From Phaeosaccion multiseriatum (taxonomy: Eukaryota; Protista; Ochrophyta, other classes), in assembly GCA_965112735.1 (NCBI GenBank), contig OZ218957.1, forward strand, positions 620,001 through 684,000: DNA of 64,000 bases. Direction: 5' to 3'. The notes under the pieces were generated by a model, which was not told the DNA's origin, did no database searches, and saw nothing but the letters and a program-made list of their open reading frames with translations. A program made the position numbers and the translations under genes. The stretch's first letter is position 1. Each line of letters starts with the position of its first letter. Positions 29,801-64,000 of this stretch are shown here, in pieces.

Positions 29801-32800
29801 TGGGGAGGAGTCTCAGTCAGTCATGTCCCTTCGCTTGAAGATGCTGGCAGGTGTGGACTGAAGAACCTTGCTTCTGTACCCTCTACAGGCCTCATCCCGC
29901 CGGAGCTGGGAGACCTCAAGAGCTTGCAACAGCTTAACCTGGACAACAACAAGCTCAGCGGTGAGTGGGGAGGAGTCTCAGTCAGTCATGTCCCTTCGCT
30001 TGAAGATGCTGGCAGGTGTGGACTGAAGAACCTTGCTTCTGTACCCTTTACAGGCCTCATCCCGCCGGAGCTGGGAGACCTCAAGAGCTTGCAACAGCTT
30101 AACCTGGACAACAACAAGCTCAGCGGTGAGTGGGGGGGCGGGGGGGGGTGGTGTAGCTTCCGTCATGTCCGACACTTCTCGCTCCTCTTCTGTAGTGCTT
30201 CAGCAAGTTGAGGGAGGAGGGCCTCGTGAGAGTGGTGGACGACGAAGCACTCTCCCTTCGACTCCATCCAACATGACTCTGTCTCTGCCTTTCCCTATGG
30301 CTGTCCGGGGAATTGGTTGTGTCCCCCCTTTGCTTGGCAGAGTATCCCGCCTTGACGGCAGAAAAGATCGATTGTTTGGAAAGAGAGGGTTGCCGTTTAA
30401 GCCTAGAGGGCAACCCATGGTCTCGCCCCCCCGGAGACGTCGTAGCACAAGGCAGGGGTGCGATCGTGGCGTGGTGGAGAGACATCGAGGCCTCGGGCTC
30501 CGTCAAGTCTAGCAAGCTCAAGGTGGTGCTCGTCGGTGCGGGCGCGGCGGGGAAGACGAGTCTGACGAGGGCACTCACGGGCGAGGGAGAGAAGCTGCCC
30601 ACGAGGGAGGAACAGACCATCGGGGTGGATCGGAGGAAGACCGTGCGGGTCGCTGACTGCTTCAAGAGGCACTGCCTTGTTGGCGGGGTAGAGCCGTACC
30701 TGGAAGGGCTGCCGGCTGAGGAAGAGGATCGAGCGTCGATTAGGGCCACGGCACGGGACCTCGCCTTGGTAATGTGGGACTTTGCCGGACAGGAAGCGTA
30801 CTTCAGCCACCACCAGACCTTCCTCACGGCCTACGCACTCTTTGTGCTCGTGGTTGACCTGCCTGCCTTCCTGGAGAGAAACAATGAGGCGCGGGATGCA
30901 GCAGTACACGAAGAGGCGCACGACGCCGACTTTGCCCACGAGCAGGAGATATCGCTCTGGCTCAGCATGCTGGACAAGAGAGTGAAGGACTGTCACGTGG
31001 TCGTTGTGGCGACCAAGACCCACGGGATGACCGACGAGGAAACGGCGGACGGCAAGGAGAAGCTTACGGCGGCGGTCATGGCGGCAGCCACGCGACTGAA
31101 AAGACGGAGGGAGGAGTTCGCCAGAGATTTCAAGGAGAGCCGCCTCCGCTCTCAGCAGGAGCAGCAGCAGCTAGAGGGAGACCTTGAGGACGAAAAGGGT
31201 TCATCCATCGGTGCGGAGTATGTGTATAGCACAGGCGTCACTATTCTGAAGTGTGCGGGTGGTCAGCAAGTCCCTGTGTTGGTGGACAGCAAGGAGGAGT
31301 GTGGCGTCGGTGAGGTGTTGCTGCATTTGACGAGAGCTGTGCACGACAAAAAGACCGCCTTCCCCAGCGTGGATGCGTCTATCCCGAAGAGCTGGGACGA
31401 GGCTATGGACTTCCTGGTGAGGCAGTCTGTGACCCGCAGCTTCGTGGAGTGGAGCAAGGTGGTGCAGGAATGGAAAGAGTTGAAGGAGAAAGAGGAGGCA
31501 AGCGGGTCTGTGGGGAAGGAATCCCCCATGCTTGCGGAGGGAGAAGCGACGAAGGAAGGCGGAGGAACTCCTGAGGAGATACTGTGGCAAGCTGCGCACC
31601 TGCTGGAGCGGCAGGGGACGATGCTGTTTACCAACGAGGGGAGAGTACTGCATCTGAAGCCGGAGAGGGTCATTGACCTTCTCAAGCCCATCGCAGACCA
31701 CCGCATCACGACGAAGGGGCTGGGGTTCTGGAAGCCCAGGATTAAGAGATACTTAATGGAGACACAAGAATATAGGTCTTCACGGACGACAGAGGAAGTG
31801 TGGCAGGAGCTGATTAAGCTGCGAGACTTTGGCATTCTTCACGAGAGAGTGCTGGAATTTCTTTGGCTATCGTGGACACCAATTGATGGGAGGGAGGGGA
31901 AGAGCAGCAGCACCTCCGGTCGACGCGAATCGGGGAAGCAGCAGGAGGAGGAGCAGCAGCAGCAAGATGAGGAGGAGGCTACGAGCACCTTTCTCTCCGA
32001 CTTGCGGGGGCAGGATCCAGACGCGCAGAGCAAGCGAGAGATCATGCGCGGTATGCTTGTGGAAAGTGGGGCTCTATATACTGCCCAACACAACGACACA
32101 GAAGAGAGTCTGTACTGGGTCCCTTCGCTGCTCGAGATGTGGGTGGACAAGGGGCAGGTCGAGGACGCTTTCCGCCTGTCCGCAGGGCAGAAAATGAGCA
32201 GATGCGCCATCGTGTTGCCCGGTCAGCCCTTCGTTCCACCGGGCCTCATGCCTCGCATCGTGGCGGCGTGTATGAGGGAGGCGAAGAGGGAGAGTGATGC
32301 CTCCCGCACGAGCTCCTGCGAAGTGAACCTATGCTGGCGCTACGGAGTGGTGCTCTTCTGGGGCACGGAAAGGGTTCTCGTGTACCACTCAAAGGGCCAC
32401 CGCACCGCCAACAACAGTGGCACCAGCGAAATCAATCTCAACAACACTCGCCGCAAGAGCATCCACGAGGGCAGAAAGCGTAAGGCGAGTGTGAGCAGCA
32501 GCGAAGAAGAAGAAGATCAAGAAGAAGGAGAAGGAGGAGAAGCGGGTGGAGCAGTGGTCGAGTGGTGCGTGCTGGGCGAGAATGCCTCGGAGTGCACTCA
32601 GAAGGCAAACAAAGTGGTGCGACCCTGCATTCTTGACGTACTGGAGAGGGACTTCCCCGGGCTCGACTTTACAGAAGCACTGCCCGGCATGGTCAAGTGC
32701 GACATAAAAGCCGCACTGCACTCACTGGAGCAGCACATGGACACCCGGATGGACGTCATCGAGAATAAGGTGTGCAAGATTGTGGAGGCGACCCGAGGCA

Positions 32801-34131
32801 TCGAGAGCTTCATCCGGTTGAGCTGCGAAAAGGACATGCCCTTCCCTGCCCTCGCGGTGCTTCTCCCTGAGGGGCATCCAATGCTGAGCAACGGAGGCTT
32901 CGCGGGTGCTGAGGAGCGAAAGAACACAGCTCCTGCCGGTGGGGGCAACCACCAAAAGGGTCTCGACCTCTTCCAGAAGCGAGCGTGGGAGTGGGCCAGA
33001 GGGACTGTGGTTAAGAAGTACCGCCTCTTCTTTCTGTGCTCGCACGACCTCAGCGTGGTGCCCACTGGGCCAGACGGGCAGGGCTACGAGGTGCCCATGC
33101 CCAAAGAGTGGCTCAAGAAGGCCGCACCCCTGCTTAAGCTGTCGCTGCTGGCCCTCAAGGTCGCTGCCAAGTGTGCCGTGGGCATTGATCTGCCCATCGG
33201 CGGAGTCTTTGATACTCTAAGCGAGAGTGCCGTGGAGGGAGTGAGCGAGGAGGTCGAAGAGAGAATCGATGACATTTTCGAGGAGGCAGACCACCACTCG
33301 GCGGAGGAATTCATGCGATACGAACATGGAGCCACCCACGCCAGTGCTGCTCTAGAGGTGGAGGACGACGGAGGAGACCAAGAGGAGAAAGGCGAGAAGC
33401 TGCGGCGGCCTTTCTCCCGCAAGGATGTCGACTTTGGGCCCGCCTACAAGGCCTACCTGGCCTTCCTCGAAGCGAAAGCGGCCCTGCTGAGCGAGACTCA
33501 TCACAAGACGCACATGGTGCTTTTGGAGGGAGGCACCGAGGACTCGTGGGCGTGGGTGAGGAAGGCAAACGCGGAGGAATGGAAGGAGACGCACGATGGC
33601 ACAGGCACAAGAGCACAAAGTGCGGACAGTGGTGGTGGTGCTGTCGCACCTTCGGCCCTCAATGGGGCTGCTGATAGCGTCGTCGTGGGAGGAGGAGGTG
33701 GTGACGCGGTTACAGCGTCAGGAGCACCACCCCCCTCACCAGCCCCTCCACCACCACAGGAAGCGCCCGCTTCCGTCGGACATGAGCAGGCGGAGACAGG
33801 GACAAGAGGAGCCTTGACAGCAGAAGCAGAGGGGGACTCGGAGGGACAAGACATCCGGAGATGGCTGCAGGAGGTGAGCTTCAACCCCAAGAGACTCGAC
33901 GCTGTGGTGGATCTGCTCGTGGACAATGACTGCGACTCGCTCAAGACTTTGGACAGCCTGGGGGATGCCTATGTGGAGGGCCTACTGCTGAAGGGGTTCA
34001 GCAAAACCGTCGTCATTAGCTTCATGTCCTACCTCCAGCAGCGCAAGCGCAGCTCCAGAGGCTTCTTCCAAAGGATGTTCGGAGGCGGAGGAGGAGGAGC
34101 AGGAGGAAAGAAAGTAGTGGCCACCGCATAG
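26858..34131 (+). CDS. ROCO family LRR-Roc-COR GTPase: N-cap exon 26858-27074, 19 single-LRR exons, terminal exon 30341-34131 (Roc, COR, C-terminal region, possible SAM-like domain)
   Basis: LRR N-cap EREALVAFFLSTNG...W...VSDWHGVSV; 24-aa LRRs GPIPPELGDLKSLxxLxLxxNxLS; LEGNPWSRPP; P-loop VVLVGAGAAGKTSL, TIGVD, WDFAGQE, VVATK; all junctions are phase 1 and join in frame. Confidence 0.93.
27215..30125 (+). repeat. Tandem array of 19 exon+intron units (period 142-168 bp); exon starts 27215, 27376, 27537, 27705, 27866, 28027, 28192, 28334, 28499, 28664, 28814, 28964, 29114, 29275, 29425, 29574, 29724, 29889, 30054
   Basis: Each exon 72 nt (one of 75 nt) bounded by cag|GC... and ...G|gtgagtgg; introns 70-93 nt share gtgagtggggaggagtctca...ttgaagatgctggc...gaactgaagagccttgcttctgtaccctctgcag. 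Confidence 0.97.
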
Positions 34132-34136
34132 TGGAA

Positions 34137-34175
34137 GTCTATCACGCGCCCAATCCAGTCTATCACGCGCCCAAT
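34137..34175. repeat. 18-bp direct repeat GTCTATCACGCGCCCAAT x2 just after the ROCO stop codon
   Basis: Direct inspection. Confidence 0.8.
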
Positions 34176-35230
34176 AGACCACAGCCTCCAGCTTGTAGCT
34201 AGTATCTCAGCAACAAGCACTTGGGAGGGAATGCTCGTGTAGAGAGAATGGGCCTTCGCTCTCTGCTGGCCCAACGGTGAGCTTCCGCGCTCCAAACGCT
34301 GAGCACGAGCTTCTGCACCGGGAGTCCTGTCGCTGTCGGCTCCTGGGAGGTCGGCTTCCATTGCTTGATGCGGGTCCATAACAATGAGGCTGGCAGTGGC
34401 GCGGCTGGTGAGAGCGGAGGAGCCTTCTTCCTTGGTGCTCTCGGCGGTCTGGCCGAAGAGGGAAACTGTGTGTGTATGTTTGTGTACGTGTGCGTATGTG
34501 CGTGTGCGTACGTGTATGTGTGTGTGTGTGGAGAAGGGAGCACGCGATGGGGATAAACCCCTCGATTTACGAGTTTTTTTTTACAGTAGTTTGTTACTTA
34601 CTAAGCAATATGTCTACTTAGCACGCTACGCAGCGGAGAGGACCCAAGTGCTCCCTCGGCCCAGCCGCAAGCAACACCAGGGGGAGACGTATGTCGGATG
34701 AACACCGGAGCTTCTCTTCCTCGGCTCAGGCCATCGCCATTCGCAGCCTTCCCCACGGCATTGGCCATACCAAAGGCGAGAGGTGCCCCTTTCGTCATGC
34801 CGTTTCCTCCGCTTCATCCTGTAGCACCTCAGGCTACGACGCCTTCAGCCTTCCTTCCTTCCTTCCTTCCTTCCTTCCTTCCTTCCTTCCTTCCTTCCTT
34901 CCTTGCCAAAGAGAGGGTCCCACATGTGCATCAGGTCCAACGGGCTTTGCTTGTGACGCAAGGGTGCTTTCTGTCCGCGGCCAGAAGGAACAGACCAGCT
35001 GCTTCATCGTTGAGCCCTCGTAACAGAGTCGGAGCCATTGCCAGCGAGGCCCCTCCTGAGAGCAGCTCCAGCGCCACCCCGCTGTGGCCCCCTCTTACCC
35101 TAGCTACACCAACAGAGACACTGTTGACATGGCCTCCTCCCCAACCACCAGCCGCAGCTGCAGGAACGACTTCTTCTTTTTCTTCTTCTCTCTCTCTCTC
35201 TCCCTCCTCGCTTGCCTCACCTTCCCAAAG

Positions 35231-36403
35231 CTAACTTTCCGGGAGGCGTACTTTCGCGCACAGGGTCTCAAAAGCCTTCTGCGCCACGGAGTCCATTTTG
35301 TGCGGCCTTTTGGAGCCAACTGCAGCGTGTGGAGGGACCTCCATAAACCGCGGCTGCACAAAGTACGTGCCGGGCCCGCCGAAGAGGATGGGCACGAGGA
35401 CATTGAACGGGCGTTGGCGTTGAGAGGCCAGCAGCACTGGAGAGTGTGTCAGGTCGTAGTGGTTGCGGAGATGAAATTCCTTGTCTTCGGCCGGCACGTT
35501 CTCCATTGCCTCCAATTCTTTGATGACTTCGGAGACGGGGCGGACCTCAAAGCGGGCAAAGTGGAGAATCTTTCCTCGATCAGTGCCCATGGACATCCAA
35601 ACCTGGATAATGTGTGTCTTGTGACGGGGCTTGGATGATCCAATGCGCAGTGCGTTGACCAAGAAGGATTGGAAGACGGTCATGTCTTGGTCACAAAAGG
35701 CATTGATCTGGCGCTTGAGGAAGCCTTCCAGCATCTTGTTGTTGTTGTTGTCTGCGCGAAACAGAGAGGACTCTAACTCAATGGTGTTCAAGAGTGCCAC
35801 GACATCGTCCCATGTGTGCCGCTGAAAGCTCTCCTCAATCACCCTGACGGGTACCACGACAAGCTTGTCATCGTTCAGACAAATAAGGAAGTGTATGTAT
35901 CCGGTGACGGCGGTAGTGCTGCTGTTGAAGTACTGTTGCACCATCTGTTCCAGGTTCGTACCATCCTGCAGCATTGGTGCCGCTGCCAAAGACATCCACT
36001 CTGGTTTCTCTGAAGGGACATAGGTGTGTCGATTTCGGTCCAACTGCAGTCGCAACAACAAAAACTCCTTGGGCGGCTGCTCCGTGAGCTGTGCTCTCGA
36101 TCGTAGCATGCTCCCCACTAACAAGTTCAACACGCCCCGTGCCTGATCACGCCATCGGTGAAAGAGACGAAGGGATTGCGCCCCCCCTGGCTTCTCTTTT
36201 GCCCGCTCCTTCGCGACCCGCGCGGACAAGCACCGCGGTTTGTGCTGTTTCCAATGTGCTTTTTGACACTCTCGACCGCAGTAGGGTGCCACTTTGCAGG
36301 CGCTGCAGCGCAACATATCGCTGTTCACATTTGTCCTCATGCAGTTGGAACAGGTAATATATGCGTCCAGCTTTCCATACTTGCCGTCCTTGCTGCTGCT
36401 CAT
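35231..36403 (-). CDS. Intronless MYND-type zinc finger protein with uncharacterised C-terminal region
   Basis: CSNC...LRCSACKVAPYCGRECQKAHWKQHKPRC MYND signature; first ATG at 36403 (MSSSKDGK), stop at 35231-35233. Confidence 0.85.
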   Translation of the reverse strand: MSSSKDGKYGKLDAYITCSNCMRTNVNSDMLRCSACKVAPYCGRECQKAHWKQHKPRCLSARVAKERAKEKPGGAQSLRLFHRWRDQARGVLNLLVGSMLRSRAQLTEQPPKEFLLLRLQLDRNRHTYVPSEKPEWMSLAAAPMLQDGTNLEQMVQQYFNSSTTAVTGYIHFLICLNDDKLVVVPVRVIEESFQRHTWDDVVALLNTIELESSLFRADNNNNKMLEGFLKRQINAFCDQDMTVFQSFLVNALRIGSSKPRHKTHIIQVWMSMGTDRGKILHFARFEVRPVSEVIKELEAMENVPAEDKEFHLRNHYDLTHSPVLLASQRQRPFNVLVPILFGGPGTYFVQPRFMEVPPHAAVGSKRPHKMDSVAQKAFETLCAKVRLPES

Positions 36404-36786
36404 GCTTTTTACGTTCCGGCTGATGTTCAACTCTGCGGTCGCTGTCCTCCTCTTCGGCCGATGTTCTCCTCTCCAGTCGCTGTCCTCCTCTCCGGTCACT
36501 GTTCCCTTCGTCCACACACACGAATCCTTCCTTCTTCCCTACCCTAGCAAGCCACACTCTCCATGATGTCTCGTCCGTGTTGTTTGTGAGGAGCGAATCG
36601 ATTTGATTTTGCGAGGGTCCCTCCCAAATGGCAACACTATCTGGAGCACCAACGCGTACCCTTCTCAATAAAAGTACTCTCAAGACCGAAAAGGGACTAT
36701 AGCAGCAAAGGGAGGACAGCAGCAGGAGCAGCAGGAGGAGGAGGAGGAGGAGGAGAGGTAGCTGTAACAGCAATAGCCTGGAGGGT

Positions 36787-43860
<7,074 letters not shown>

Positions 43861-44535
43861 GAGCTGAGCCCCCCAGAGGCAGAACCCAAGGGGGCGGGAA
43901 GGACAAACAGACCTCCCCCATCCACTGCCATCCCCTGGCCTTGGTTGCCCCTGTCTTCTCATTGCGGGACTCCGCTCTGGTATGGCACGGCATGGAGGGC
44001 ACCTTACCTGGCGCCTTACGTAAGGGGCCGAAAGGTGCACCACGGAAGTAATGCTTTTCGTGTTGATGTTCTGAGTAAGGGAAGGAGGACTCAGGGCCCT
44101 CCATTCTGTGAGTCGACACAGCAGCAGTGATGCAGCAGCAGCAGCTGCAGCAGTTGGTAATACACAGCACCAGCGCAAAGGCCGCTGGCCAGGCCAGGCC
44201 CGGACAGGCGGTGAGGCAAACTCTTCCTCTTCGTAGGTATATGTACAGTATGTCAGTATGTCAGTGAATTGCTGCCCCCCCGGGGTCACATCTCAACTCG
44301 GACCGCCGTTCTGTAGAAGAGGGATGTGTACACTACTGAAGACCTTGAGAGCTTGTTTTCACGTGCAACGTCGAGAAAGTACGACTACGAAGAACTTACA
44401 GTAAGAAGGAGGACTCCATTGCACGCAGCAGTTCAAGGCCTGGCACCTGCTTCCCACCTCTTTTAACGCCCCCCCTCACCCGCCCCTCCACCCTAATATT
44501 AAGCGCCATATGTGATTGAAGTATATACACAAACT

Positions 44536-64000
<19,465 letters not shown>

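Noticed and set aside
27215-30125. CRISPR array or DGR variable/template repeat system
   Set aside because: Units are spliceosomal exon+intron repeats with no unique spacers and no cas or reverse transcriptase gene in the window. One variable codon is often NNC (AAC, TAC, CAC, TGC, CGC, TTC), but TGG/TTG and other positions vary at non-adenine sites, unlike DGR mutagenesis
34199-35230. Possible small gene between ROCO and the MYND gene
   Set aside because: Acceptor-like site near 34465 on the minus strand but no consistent frame or motif; may be a spliced 3' UTR

Overview
Eukaryotic nuclear DNA, GC-rich, with GT-AG spliceosomal introns full of microsatellites; gene content suggests a stramenopile/ochrophyte alga (inference). 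About 11 genes: the 3' end of an acidic protein; a 3-RRM GBP2/hnRNP-M-like protein (-); SEC23 (+); a FAM173/ATPSCKMT-like methyltransferase (-); a PPR protein (-); a putative glycosyltransferase-like membrane protein (+); a giant disordered LRR+WW protein (-); an LRR-Roc-COR (ROCO) GTPase (+); a MYND-finger protein (-); a 15-exon EboF-type alkaline-phosphatase-superfamily gene (+); and a large WD40-like/coiled-coil gene (-) running off the window. Four things stand out. (1) The ROCO gene has 19 symmetric one-LRR exons in a homogenised ~150-165 bp exon+intron tandem array, with variation focused on the concave-face codons and patchwork recombination, a candidate variable immune receptor. (2) A dispersed DNA motif, (GCAG)CAGTTGGTGATAC(AG), occurs about 25 times on both strands in introns, intergenic DNA and coding exons, where it is read in different frames. 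(3) An intron-rich nuclear homologue of the bacterial/plastid ebo-operon gene eboF. (4) Introns are often polarised, with G-rich repeats after the donor and complementary C-rich repeats before the acceptor. All calls are by eye; no searches were run.
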